DNA from: a virus
Taxonomy: Duplodnaviria > Caudoviricetes
Virus record (IMG/VR): IMGVR_UViG_3300017991_000056
Span: 1 to 64,000 of that record
Reading direction: 5' to 3' (one strand)
DNA length: 64,000 bases
A program made the translations under genes and the position numbers. Under the pieces are notes generated by a model, which was not told where the DNA came from, did no database searches, and worked only from the letters and a program-made list of their open reading frames with translations. This document shows positions 42,216 to 51,481 of the stretch, piece by piece; the stretch's first letter is position 1, and each line of letters starts with the position of its first letter.

Positions 42216-43091
42216 ATGAGCACGAAGTATGTATACCCGGTCAGCGACACGGCCAATGACCTTGTTGATGTTGGTAGTCTGACGCAGGAGATTGCCGATT
42301 CGACGATTGCCATTGCGCTTGACTACATTGCCGTGGATGGTGTCGACGTGGACATCTGGTTCAAGGCGGCCATCTCGGGCGCGGAGGAGACGACGTTGGA
42401 CGGGATCGTGGCGGCTCACACGGGCGAGCCGTTGCCCGACGTGCAGGACGTCAGCATCGACAACTTCGGGACGCTGGAGGACCCTACCAAGAACATCCAG
42501 CGCGTGGTCGTCCAGCCGGGCCGCACCGGCTACTACATGTGCGACCGGGACGTGAAAGTCTGCACGTCGATGTACGCGGCGGCGGACGCTTTGGAGGACC
42601 TCAAGGTCATCGTGTCCGACAACACCCAGGAGCCGTGGGGGGAGTTCAGCCTGGTGGGGTGCTACAAGCTGTCCGAGGGGGCCTACGTCTCTTGCGACGA
42701 CCAGGACGACGCGAACGCCAACGCGGTCCTGTCGGTCTTCGACTTCCTCGTCGTCGACCAGACCACCGAGGAGGAGATCGAGTACGACTTCAAGGGCGGC
42801 TGCCTGTGGAGCGACGCCGCCCTTGAGGCTCCCGTGTGGGATCATCGCCTGTACGCCATGATGGCCCCGAACATCCCGCCGGCCAATGGGGGCGGCGTCC
42901 GCTTCTTCGACGGGTACCTCTACCCCTATCAGGGGAAGTGGCAGGAGTGCATCAGCAGCCTGTCGCTGAAGGTCGACCCGTCCGTCTCCGTCGAGGCGGC
43001 GAGGATCAGGTTCTGGATTTACTACCCGGCGGGCGCGAAGCAGACTCACGTCCTCCGGACCATCACCTACAGGCAGCCGGCGACGTTCTAG
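42216..43091 (+). CDS. Virion-associated protein, paralogue of 33723..34613
   Basis: RBS AGGAG; shared C-domain ending YRQPATF versus YRRLGTF. Confidence 0.7.
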   Translation: MSTKYVYPVSDTANDLVDVGSLTQEIADSTIAIALDYIAVDGVDVDIWFKAAISGAEETTLDGIVAAHTGEPLPDVQDVSIDNFGTLEDPTKNIQRVVVQPGRTGYYMCDRDVKVCTSMYAAADALEDLKVIVSDNTQEPWGEFSLVGCYKLSEGAYVSCDDQDDANANAVLSVFDFLVVDQTTEEEIEYDFKGGCLWSDAALEAPVWDHRLYAMMAPNIPPANGGGVRFFDGYLYPYQGKWQECISSLSLKVDPSVSVEAARIRFWIYYPAGAKQTHVLRTITYRQPATF

Positions 43092-43101
43092 GAGGCCTTC
43101 G

Positions 43102-43677
43102 ATGAAGAGGGTGTGGTTCAAGATACTCCGATTCTTCCTGGGCGCGTTCGGGAGCTTCCAGCTTCACTGGTGGCCGATGTGGTTCATGTGCGGCGACACC
43201 CACTACAAGGTAAAGGGGCCGGAGACGAGAGCCGTTCTCAGCAAGCTCAGGAGGGGCGACATCCTTCTTCGGAGGTATCGCAACTACATGACGAGCTGGT
43301 TCATTCCAGGATACTACACCCATGCGGCGATAATGGTGGACGACGAGACCGTCATCCATTCGGTGACACCCTGCGTGACGAGGGAGGACATCCTCACGTT
43401 CCTGCGGTGTGATGACGTTGCCGTTCTCCGTCCCAACGTCACTCCGGACGAGATTGACAAGGGTGTTGCAGAGGCGATCGGGATGCTTGGGAGGGACTAC
43501 GACTACTTTTTCGAGCCGGAGAACGACAAGCTGTATTGCAGCGAGGTGATTCTTCATTGTTATCCGATGCTGTTTCCTGGTCTGGAGAAGGTGGTTCTAC
43601 CTGAAGCCATTATGGGCTTGGATGTGGAGCTTATCCATGAGAGCTTAAAGTGGCGCAAGGAACAGTGCGAGGCGTAG
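43102..43677 (+). CDS. Permuted papain-like NlpC/P60 (YiiX/YebB-type) enzyme
   Basis: RGDILL, GYYTHAAI, YDYFF and LYCSEVI. Confidence 0.85.
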   Translation: MKRVWFKILRFFLGAFGSFQLHWWPMWFMCGDTHYKVKGPETRAVLSKLRRGDILLRRYRNYMTSWFIPGYYTHAAIMVDDETVIHSVTPCVTREDILTFLRCDDVAVLRPNVTPDEIDKGVAEAIGMLGRDYDYFFEPENDKLYCSEVILHCYPMLFPGLEKVVLPEAIMGLDVELIHESLKWRKEQCEA

Positions 43678-43678
43678 C

Positions 43679-44038
43679 GTGCCGAATCCGGTCATATCGG
43701 ACCCGAACCCTTTCAATCTGACCTTCCCCTATCCCCTGATCGGGACGACGGTGAGGCCGACGGGGCACGGGTGCTCGTCCTGCGTTCACACGACCTACTG
43801 CCCGGCCCTCTACTGGTTCAGGCGGGGAGCGGACTCGAAGGGGTTCGTGGAGCAGCCGGTGGACGATGAGAACTTGGGTCGCGCGTGCGAGTCGTGGAGT
43901 GACGATCCGGCGCAGAAGGTCACGGCGGTGACGGCCGACGACCTGGCGGAGAACGAGTACATCTACAACCAGGGCATCGGCTCCGAGGCGAACAGGAACG
44001 GGATAACGGCGCCGGTGACGGGCAAGGCGGGATACTGA
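43679..44038 (+). CDS. Hypothetical Cys-containing protein
   Basis: ORF with CSSCVH..YC..AC, tightly packed between neighbours. Confidence 0.65.
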   Translation: MPNPVISDPNPFNLTFPYPLIGTTVRPTGHGCSSCVHTTYCPALYWFRRGADSKGFVEQPVDDENLGRACESWSDDPAQKVTAVTADDLAENEYIYNQGIGSEANRNGITAPVTGKAGY

Positions 44039-44039
44039 C

Positions 44040-44447
44040 ATGCCGAGATCGTACCAGGAGGTGGTCGAGCGAGGGGTCCGACGGGCCCTCTGGCTCCAGG
44101 AGCAGGAGGCCAAGGCGCCGAGGAGGCGTCCGCGGAGGGTCGGCATGCGGCCGGCGACCGGCACGCTCTTCGCCATGAGGAACAAGCGCCTGGCGATCAG
44201 GGAGGCGGCCCTTCGCCTTTCCGAGATCGTCATCACCTACCGGAAGACGACGACCGGGGAGACCAAGAAGTACGTGGTGGCCCCGTACGAATGGAAATAT
44301 CGCCGACTGAGAGTCGGGCTGAGGAAGATGCTCTATGCTTATGACATGAGGGATAAGCATATCAAGTCCTTCGCGCAGAGAAACATTCGGAACGTTGCCA
44401 TAACCGACAGGAAGTTCAGACCGAAATGGCCGGTCAGAATAGCGTAG
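44040..44447 (+). CDS. Stand-alone WYL-like (SH3-fold) domain protein
   Basis: IVITYRK..GETKKYVVAPYE..LYAYD...IKSF...IRNV. Confidence 0.65.
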   Translation: MPRSYQEVVERGVRRALWLQEQEAKAPRRRPRRVGMRPATGTLFAMRNKRLAIREAALRLSEIVITYRKTTTGETKKYVVAPYEWKYRRLRVGLRKMLYAYDMRDKHIKSFAQRNIRNVAITDRKFRPKWPVRIA

Positions 44448-44529
44448 GGGCTCTTGATGCCGGGGCGTGACTCGCCCCGGCCGGCATTGGCGGTCGGCTG
44501 GCTGGTCGAGATCGCCTGGGTGGTTGCTA

Positions 44530-44547
44530 CAATTCTTTGATATTCGC
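44530..44547 (+). promoter_or_regulatory. Phage late-promoter-like motif, copy 3
   Basis: CAATTCTTTGATATTCGC, followed by AGGAGG and ATG 44570. Confidence 0.7.
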
Positions 44548-44569
44548 TCCTGTGAGTAGGAGGATTGAC

Positions 44570-46207
44570 ATGCGAACAAGACGCGGCGCGAGCTATTGGC
44601 CGGGACCCCTCGGCAACATGATCGACCAGTTCCGGCCCGGGGACATCGTCGACTCCATCGTCACGGGGTCGTCGGACCTCTGGGGGGTCGTCGTGAGCGT
44701 GGACCGGAAGTGCAACAAGGTCGTCGTCGCCTGGGCCGGGGGCTCCGAGGTCCAGCACGACCCCGACGAGATCCAGCCCGCCCTCCTCGTGGGCGAGGAG
44801 CTCAAGGAGAGGATGAGGACGATCGCGACCAGGGACTCCAGGCTGGCGAGCAGGCGCGCGAAGGTCGCCGATCCCGGCGACGCGTTCCCGGCGCCGTCTC
44901 CGCTCAGGAGCCGCAGGGACCTCGGGGCCGGTCCGGTGAATGCCGCGATGTCGGGTGAGAGTTTCGCCAGGTTCAGGAAGATAAGGAACAACGGCAAGCT
45001 GATCGGCCACGGGAAGTTCAAGAACGAGTTCGAGCTTGACGACTACTACCTTCATGACGGGAACGTCTGGAGGGTGACGAATCGGAGCGTCGTCAATCAG
45101 GGGAGCCCGGCCGATTTCGAGAAGAAGGGCATCAAGCTCAAGAAGGCCGCGGTCAGCATCGGCGAGCCGCAGGCGGACGACCCGCAGTACGTCGGCGACC
45201 CGAAGACGCACGGCCTCGACGCCCCCCGGGGCGGTGGCTTCTCCATCATGCAGAACCTCCAGAAGGACCTGCACGAGGAGTCGTACGAGGAGAGCGGCGC
45301 CGACGGGAGGGTGGGCTCCAGGCGTGCCTCGCTCGGCCTGGCGGGAAGGTCGACGCACGTCCACTGGGGGCGTCGCGGAGGCTCCGACGGGAAGACGTTC
45401 GGGAGCGGGGCCGAGGCGACCTACTCGTTCGAGGACGGCGACAAGAAGCTCCGCGTCTATGTCGGCAAGGACATCGCGAGCGTCGACGACAGCCCCGACC
45501 GGACGGTGGGCGTCGCGAGCTTCGCGGAGGCCATGGACGCCTCCGAGGACATCGAGCGGGACCTCCAGAGCGGCCGCGTGGCCAGGATGCTGACGGCCAA
45601 GAAGAAGACGCTCCGGACGACGGTCGAGGACAACAACGGCCAGACCTTCGTGGCGACGCTGGAGTCGGGAGTGAAGGGTGGCGTCATCCTCCGGCTCCGG
45701 GAGAAGACCGGGGCGACTGGCGGGACCTGGACGTGGCGCGTTTCCACCCTCATGGGGCTGGACGGCTGGAGCGATCCGGTCGGCGACAAGCTCGCCCTCG
45801 ACGCCGGGAGGGGTTGGTACGTGACCGGCATGAGCCGCGTCATGGACGAGGTCGAGAAGTCCGTCAGGATGGAGCCGGTCCTGGCTTCCAGGCGCGACCG
45901 GAAGGCGATGTACTGGTGCTCCCCGGAGCGGACCTACCGCCTGACGAAGGGCGACCAGGAGACCGGCGCGGCCAGGTGTCCGTCGTGTGGCGGGGAGATG
46001 GCCGTCGAGCCCTACACCAGGAGCGAGAAGATGTGGCGCTGCGGCGACTGCGGCTTCAAGGTGCCGTCGGGCAAGGCCGTGACCAGGAAGGTCGAGATCG
46101 AGATTGAGCCGTCTGGCGAGATGGAGGTCGAGGTCGTGGCCTCCCTGAGGTCCAGGCGCTCGGTCGCGAAGGCGGCGAAGAAGGAGCTCAAGAAGAGACT
46201 CGGGTAG
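44570..46207 (+). CDS. Multi-module hypothetical head-region protein with a C-terminal Zn ribbon
   Basis: RBS before ATG 44570; CPSCGG...WRCGDCG; modules separated by xxSRR linkers. Confidence 0.7.
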   Translation: MRTRRGASYWPGPLGNMIDQFRPGDIVDSIVTGSSDLWGVVVSVDRKCNKVVVAWAGGSEVQHDPDEIQPALLVGEELKERMRTIATRDSRLASRRAKVADPGDAFPAPSPLRSRRDLGAGPVNAAMSGESFARFRKIRNNGKLIGHGKFKNEFELDDYYLHDGNVWRVTNRSVVNQGSPADFEKKGIKLKKAAVSIGEPQADDPQYVGDPKTHGLDAPRGGGFSIMQNLQKDLHEESYEESGADGRVGSRRASLGLAGRSTHVHWGRRGGSDGKTFGSGAEATYSFEDGDKKLRVYVGKDIASVDDSPDRTVGVASFAEAMDASEDIERDLQSGRVARMLTAKKKTLRTTVEDNNGQTFVATLESGVKGGVILRLREKTGATGGTWTWRVSTLMGLDGWSDPVGDKLALDAGRGWYVTGMSRVMDEVEKSVRMEPVLASRRDRKAMYWCSPERTYRLTKGDQETGAARCPSCGGEMAVEPYTRSEKMWRCGDCGFKVPSGKAVTRKVEIEIEPSGEMEVEVVASLRSRRSVAKAAKKELKKRLG

Positions 46208-46257
46208 GATCGAAGGCCGGGACGGAGACGAGTCCGGCTTGAACAGGAGGTAGAGAG

Positions 46258-46497
46258 ATGTACAGCAAGGCGTATCAGACGGTGACGGCCGGACGCGTCC
46301 GAGAAGACGAGGCGATCGCCTTCTTCGGCGACAACAAGGTGGCGACTCCGGCGCGGGTCACGAGCTTCAGTCCGCAGGGCGGCAGCCCGACCCCGCACCT
46401 CGAGATCGACCCGCTGAACCATGAGGGCGTGGGCAAGCCGGGCACCGAGTCCGACGTGATCGACGCCTACGTGAATCCGCCCTGCAACTTGTCGTAG
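46258..46497 (+). CDS. Hypothetical protein
   Basis: AGGAGGT RBS; 79 aa. Confidence 0.65.
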   Translation: MYSKAYQTVTAGRVREDEAIAFFGDNKVATPARVTSFSPQGGSPTPHLEIDPLNHEGVGKPGTESDVIDAYVNPPCNLS

Positions 46498-46519
46498 GCG
46501 GTTCCGCGGAGCTTGGGTG

Positions 46520-46548
46520 CCGGCGCGGTTTTCCGCGCCGGGACTTTT
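46520..46548 (+). terminator. Probable intrinsic terminator
   Basis: CCGGCGCGG-tttt-CCGCGCCGG followed by GACTTTT (weak U-tract). Confidence 0.5.
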
Positions 46549-46596
46549 CGCATTCGGGCCTGACGGGTCTGGCAATATTACAACAGGAGGTCCGGC

Positions 46597-46965
46597 GTGA
46601 CGGTGCACGGGATCAACAACGGGCAGTACGCGAGATGGGTCACGGTGGTCGGCAGGACGATGAGGATGAACCCTCTGGTCGAGGGCTCCCTGGAGGAGCT
46701 GGCGGCGAGGTCCTTCATCGCCTTCATGTACAAGGAGCGGCCATGGCTCCGGGGCAGGCTCCACAGCAACTCGGAGCGGCTCCAGGGCCTGGTGCGGGCG
46801 GACAACCCGCAGGCCTACGGCAAGAACGTCGAGGTCGTCGGGCGGGACATCCTGAGGGTGCCGATCCGCGACGAGGCGGAGAAGGCGCAGGTGGACACGC
46901 TGCTGGCGGCGACCGGGGGCAGGATGCACGGAGGCGGTCCGGAGTTCGTCGAGCGACTGGCATGA
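46597..46965 (+). CDS. Hypothetical protein
   Basis: AGGAGGT RBS before the GTG start. Confidence 0.6.
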   Translation: MTVHGINNGQYARWVTVVGRTMRMNPLVEGSLEELAARSFIAFMYKERPWLRGRLHSNSERLQGLVRADNPQAYGKNVEVVGRDILRVPIRDEAEKAQVDTLLAATGGRMHGGGPEFVERLA

Positions 46966-46969
46966 GGAG

Positions 46970-47203
46970 GTGGACATGGACGGCAAGATGATCGCGAGCG
47001 AGCTTCTCCTGGCGGCGAGGGACCTGGTCGGCGGCAAGGACGACAAGTGCGGCGAGAAGGGCTGCATCCGGCAGGTCGACGGGAAGTGGCGCGTGATGTC
47101 GGGCAAGACCGGCAAGCTGTGGCCCGCAAAGTACGACTCCGAGGGGTCCGCCAAGGACGCCCTGGACGCGTGGCACGCCAGCAGGTTCAAGGGAGCCAAG
47201 TGA
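46970..47203 (+). CDS. Small head-region protein with N-terminal IASELLLAARDL motif
   Basis: RBS GAGGAGGT; IRQVDGKWRVMSGKTGK..YDSE..AK.AL module; TGATG coupling to the protease. Confidence 0.7.
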   Translation: MDMDGKMIASELLLAARDLVGGKDDKCGEKGCIRQVDGKWRVMSGKTGKLWPAKYDSEGSAKDALDAWHASRFKGAK

Positions 47204-49464
47204 TGGACTCCAGAAGGTGCACGTCCGAGAGCTGCCAGGTCGCCGCGGCCAGGATGGCCCGGTTCGACGTCCCGGTTGCCTCCGTCCTGTTCGACCCGCA
47301 GGTCGAGTGGGCCAGGACGGCCTACGGCGGCGGCCGACGGGTGGCCAGGGCCATCGAGGTCGACTGGGACGAGTTCAACAGGGACGACTACCTTTTCAGC
47401 CATTGCACCATCGTCTCGTCCGTCCAGGTCGAGACCGACGAGTCCAAGCCCGGGGCCGGCTACTACATCGACCCGGTCTGTTCGGGCCTCGTGAACAACA
47501 ACGGCAATGCCTGGACCGACCCGGTCCTGCTGGCGACCTTCGGGACCTTCAGGGGCGCCCAGAACTACCTGGAGCACGTTCAGATACCGGAGCTGTCGAA
47601 GGGCAGGATACTGGACGCGGTCGTCAGGCCGGTCAGGTACAAGGACGACGAGGGGCGCGAGGCCAGTGTGAGCTACGTGGACATCCTGGTGGCGACCAGC
47701 AAGCGCCACGGCGGCCTCGTGGGCAAGATTGCCAGCGGCGAGATGAACGCGATGAGCATGGGGTGCTTCATGTCCGGCACGAGGGTGTTGATGGCTGATG
47801 GGACCACAAAGGCCATTGAAGATGTGATGGTTGGGGAGCGGGTTCGCACGCATAGCGGAGCTTCAGCCGAGGTCGAGTCGTGCAGGGTAAGATTTACGTC
47901 CGATGGCGAGACGAGACGCCTCGGGGTGAGCGGTGTGCCAGACACCTTCGTGACGGGAGAACATCCCTACTGGACGCTTACGGGCCATGATCGTTGTCCG
48001 GGATGTGGTGGCGATCTTCCGAAGAAGAGGGCTATTGCGAGCAACGGGTTGTCTGCCTTGGATAAGAAATCGTGGTGCTCTCATTCGTGTATGCAGTCCA
48101 ATTTCAACTCGTACTCGCCAGCGATGCAGGAGGTTGCGGTGTTGGTCGAGCAGGAGGTGAAGTTTGACTGGGTGAAAACAGAGGACCTTTTGGTGGGGGA
48201 TTACGTGGCGGTGCCGCTGGGGAGGCCAAAGGCCGAAAGGTCGTGTCTCGACAAGGCAAGGTGTCAGATACTTGGGTTCTATGCGGCGGAGGGGAACATC
48301 CAGAGAGACGCGAACGGCCTGGCGAGAGCGACGGAGTTCACTTTCGGGCTCGGCGAGTCGGTCGTGGAGGATTTGATCTCGGCTCTTCGCGATTGTGGGG
48401 TTGCGGATGAGGCGGTTTATCGCCAGGATAGGAAAAGGGATACCGGGGACAGCACTCGCGTTGTGGTTCATGATGCCGGGCTTGCCCTCTGGCTCCTAGA
48501 GTCCTGCGGGGAGCATTGTGATGGAAAGGTTCTGGCTCCGTGGGTGATGGGGCTTGACGACAATAGTCTCTTGGTGATTCTTGGAGCTTACATCGACGGA
48601 GACGGTCATTGTCGAAAGGACTCGGCAAGGTTTTCGACCTCGTCGTGCAGTAGGCGTCTCTCCGAGCAGGTCTGGAGCATGATGACGGCGCTCGGTATTC
48701 CGGCCTCTTTCAACGGGCCTTACGAGAAGGATGGGCGCAGGCCGTATTGGATGGTTGTGTCGCGGAAGGGCCATGCGTCGCGTTTGGAGGGTCGTTGTCG
48801 AAAGTATCGAAAGCAGCGAGCTGGTAGAGATCGCATCTCGTCTTTCCATGGGCACATGTTGAGGCGCGTGACCACCAACGAGCGCCTGGCAGGTTGCTAT
48901 CCGGTCTACAACATGCACGTGGTCAACGACCGTGGAGACCATTCCTACGTCGCGAACTGGAATGCGGTTCACAACTGCCTGGCTCATAAAATCCAGTGCT
49001 CCAAGTGCGGGGTGATCCTGGCCGACGAGGACCCCAACTGCGTCTGCATCGAGAGCGAGCTCATGCGCCCGTTCGTGGACGAGAACGGGGTGCGCAGGAT
49101 GACGGCCGAGCTGTGCGGCGTGTGCCTCTACGACCAGAACACCGGCAAGCTGGCCCGGGACGAGAACGGGAACCTGGTCGGCGATCCGAAGAGCCTGGAC
49201 TTCATCGAGGCGTCCTGGGTCGGGAGGCCGGCGTTCGGCGGGGCGGTCCTCAACCACTTCCTGTCCGACGTTCCGATGTCCGCGGCCAAGGTGCTGCGGA
49301 TGGACGCCCCGGACCTGGAGCTGGTGGCGAACGACATCTTCAGGATGCGCGTGGCGGACGCCGCGGGCATGATGGTTCTGAGGGTCGCGCGCGCGGAGAT
49401 GATCCGGCGCCGGCGGATGGAAATGGCCATGCGCGTGGCCCGGGGTTTCTGGAGGTTCGACTGA
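47203..49464 (+). CDS. Prohead (capsid maturation) protease with Zn finger, interrupted by an intein
   Basis: YLEH..SKGRILDAV, AMSMG|C..CSKCG..C and FIEASWVGRPAF (HK97/S78-like motifs); start ATG 47203 overlaps the upstream TGA. Confidence 0.85.
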   Translation: MDSRRCTSESCQVAAARMARFDVPVASVLFDPQVEWARTAYGGGRRVARAIEVDWDEFNRDDYLFSHCTIVSSVQVETDESKPGAGYYIDPVCSGLVNNNGNAWTDPVLLATFGTFRGAQNYLEHVQIPELSKGRILDAVVRPVRYKDDEGREASVSYVDILVATSKRHGGLVGKIASGEMNAMSMGCFMSGTRVLMADGTTKAIEDVMVGERVRTHSGASAEVESCRVRFTSDGETRRLGVSGVPDTFVTGEHPYWTLTGHDRCPGCGGDLPKKRAIASNGLSALDKKSWCSHSCMQSNFNSYSPAMQEVAVLVEQEVKFDWVKTEDLLVGDYVAVPLGRPKAERSCLDKARCQILGFYAAEGNIQRDANGLARATEFTFGLGESVVEDLISALRDCGVADEAVYRQDRKRDTGDSTRVVVHDAGLALWLLESCGEHCDGKVLAPWVMGLDDNSLLVILGAYIDGDGHCRKDSARFSTSSCSRRLSEQVWSMMTALGIPASFNGPYEKDGRRPYWMVVSRKGHASRLEGRCRKYRKQRAGRDRISSFHGHMLRRVTTNERLAGCYPVYNMHVVNDRGDHSYVANWNAVHNCLAHKIQCSKCGVILADEDPNCVCIESELMRPFVDENGVRRMTAELCGVCLYDQNTGKLARDENGNLVGDPKSLDFIEASWVGRPAFGGAVLNHFLSDVPMSAAKVLRMDAPDLELVANDIFRMRVADAAGMMVLRVARAEMIRRRRMEMAMRVARGFWRFD
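47764..48975 (+). mobile_element. Intein (404 aa) with LAGLIDADG homing endonuclease
   Basis: Block A CFMSGTRVLMADG, block B VTGEHPY, endonuclease blocks LGFYAAEG and LGAYIDGDG, block F/G VYNMHV..HSYVANWNAVHN followed by +1 Cys. Confidence 0.93.
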
Positions 49465-49484
49465 CCAAGAAGGAGGATGACAGG

Positions 49485-49811
49485 ATGAGACGCAGGATGA
49501 CGAGCAGGAAAAGGACGGCGAGCGAGCCGAGGAGCATTCTCGCCGAGATCAGGGATGTCGAGAGGATGATCGAGGCCGTCGACGACGAGGAGCTGGCCAA
49601 GGACGCCCAGGGCCTGGCGAACGAGGACGAGGAGATCGTCAAGGAGTCGACGCCGGCGGACGTGGACGTGCCGTCCGGGGACATCCTCGACGAGAACGCC
49701 AAGGCGATGGACAACTGGCCGACCACGGCCCGACGGAAGTTCGCGGCCCGCCTCCTGAGGATCGCCGACATGATTCTCGCCGAGGAGGAAGAGGAGGAAT
49801 GCGGCGACTGA
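49485..49811 (+). CDS. Small acidic head/scaffold-associated protein
   Basis: AAGGAGG RBS, ATG 49485 (3' part of the listed 48996 ORF); ILAEIRDVE shared with 49915 (VMAEIRDME). Confidence 0.7.
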   Translation: MRRRMTSRKRTASEPRSILAEIRDVERMIEAVDDEELAKDAQGLANEDEEIVKESTPADVDVPSGDILDENAKAMDNWPTTARRKFAARLLRIADMILAEEEEEECGD

Positions 49812-49827
49812 CGGGTCGGAAGTGTAA

Positions 49828-49845
49828 CAATTCTTTTATATTCGC
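49828..49845 (+). promoter_or_regulatory. Phage late-promoter-like motif, copy 4
   Basis: CAATTCTTTTATATTCGC upstream of the scaffold-decoration-capsid genes. Confidence 0.75.
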
Positions 49846-49914
49846 CTCATTTGATGAGAGCGGTGCGTCCGCAGGATGGAATGAAGAGATGTGGTTGAGC
49901 AATAGGAGAGTCCA

Positions 49915-50460
49915 ATGAGCAAGGCTGTGATTGCAACCCTTCGAGGGGAAATCCGGGAGCTCGAACGGACGCTCTCCGGTCCTACTCGGAAGGCTTCTCG
50001 GGAACCTCGCCGGCGCGTGAGCGCAAGGGACAAGGTGATGGCCGAGATCAGGGACATGGAGGAGCGTCTCGGGTGCACGTACATGGAGGACGACGTGGAG
50101 GAGGAAGCCTTTCCCCTCATGGGTGTTGACGAGCTCGAGATGGCTCCCGCGTGCGGCGACCCGATGACGGCCTCCGAGACGGAGTCCGGAGTCGAGGACG
50201 AGATCACCCAGGACTACCTCTCCGACGTCGAGGACGAGGAGCACGGCACGGAGTTGGCGACCGATCCGACGACGCTGGCCGTCGGCGAGAAGGTCGGCGA
50301 CGGTTCCAAGCCCATGTTGGCGCGGTGGAAGAGGGCCTCGGCTCGTCTCGACCGCGTGTCTGACTATCTGGAGAAACACGGACAGGAGCGGCTCGCCCTG
50401 CGTATCGACCAGATCGCGGATCGCGTCGACGCCGCCATCAAAGAAGAGGAGGGCGAGTAG
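49915..50460 (+). CDS. Acidic head/scaffold-associated protein
   Basis: AGGAG RBS; C-terminal RLDRVSDYLEKHG.ERLALRIDQIAD. Confidence 0.7.
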   Translation: MSKAVIATLRGEIRELERTLSGPTRKASREPRRRVSARDKVMAEIRDMEERLGCTYMEDDVEEEAFPLMGVDELEMAPACGDPMTASETESGVEDEITQDYLSDVEDEEHGTELATDPTTLAVGEKVGDGSKPMLARWKRASARLDRVSDYLEKHGQERLALRIDQIADRVDAAIKEEEGE

Positions 50461-50462
50461 TC

Positions 50463-51467
50463 ATGGCAAAGAGAGTACGACTCACCCAGAGGCAGGCGCG
50501 GAGCAAGCGTGCGGTCGAGGACGGCATTCCCTATCCGGGGACGGTGAACCAGCCCGACAGGCAATTCAAGCGTCGCGACGAGTATGACAACTGGCAGGAG
50601 GTGGTCAACCACCCGCTGCCGGACATGAGGCACGACTGGAACTCCGACGAGCGCGACGACATCGGCTTCGGCATTCCAGAGGCCTGGGGCACGTCTCCGA
50701 CGACGGCCTCCGTGAAGGTCGGAGCCCACAAGGCGGTTCGCCTGGCGGTCCTGCTGCTCGGCGAGAAGACCCCAGAGGAAGTCGTCGAGGCGCAGGCCAT
50801 GGACTTCATGATGCTGGGGCCCGAGATCATGGACAAGACCCTGGAGCGCTACGCCGAGACGGCCAAGCTCTACCAGGCGTCCGAAGAGGACGAGGAGGCC
50901 ACCGAGGCCTCCGAGAAACCCAAGACCGCCAAGGCCGAGCCCAAGAAGGCCCAGGACGAAGAAGAGGAGGACGAGGAGGTCGTCGAGGAGGCCACCGAGG
51001 CTTCCGAGAAGCCCAAGACCGCCAAGGCCGAGCCCAAGAAGGCCCAGGACGAAGAAGAGGAGGACGAGGAGGCCACCGAGGCTTCCGAGAAGCCCAAGAC
51101 CGCCAAGGCCGAGCCCAAGAAGGCCCAGGACGAAGAAGAAGAGGACGAGGAGGTCGTCGAGGAGACCACCGAGGCGTCCGACGTCATGCCGAAGAAGCGG
51201 CTTGGCGAGTTCGACATCGAGCTCACGGGCTCGATTGACGGAGAAGACGACGTTGATCCGAAGACGGCCCGGGAACTGGGCGAGGCGCTCTTCGGGTCCG
51301 ACGACGTCGAGCCGGACCTCCCGCAGGTGCGGGAGGCGTCCGAAAAGAAGGGGATCGTGAAACTGGGCGGGCAGCCTCGTGTTGCCAGCGCCGGTGGAGC
51401 CGCTCCCGGTATTGGTGACATCTGGGGCAACCTCGACGCCCCCGACGTCAGCGCAGTGTTCAACTAG
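50463..51467 (+). CDS. Probable scaffold protein
   Basis: Acidic and repetitive, directly upstream of the decoration and MCP genes; C-terminal PDVSAVF. Confidence 0.7.
   Translation: MAKRVRLTQRQARSKRAVEDGIPYPGTVNQPDRQFKRRDEYDNWQEVVNHPLPDMRHDWNSDERDDIGFGIPEAWGTSPTTASVKVGAHKAVRLAVLLLGEKTPEEVVEAQAMDFMMLGPEIMDKTLERYAETAKLYQASEEDEEATEASEKPKTAKAEPKKAQDEEEEDEEVVEEATEASEKPKTAKAEPKKAQDEEEEDEEATEASEKPKTAKAEPKKAQDEEEEDEEVVEETTEASDVMPKKRLGEFDIELTGSIDGEDDVDPKTARELGEALFGSDDVEPDLPQVREASEKKGIVKLGGQPRVASAGGAAPGIGDIWGNLDAPDVSAVFN
50886..51179 (+). repeat. Three tandem copies of EATEASEKPKTAKAEPKKAQDEEEEDEE
   Basis: Near-identical 81-93-bp units visible in the DNA. Confidence 0.9.
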
Positions 51468-51481
51468 AGGAGGATTGAGAC

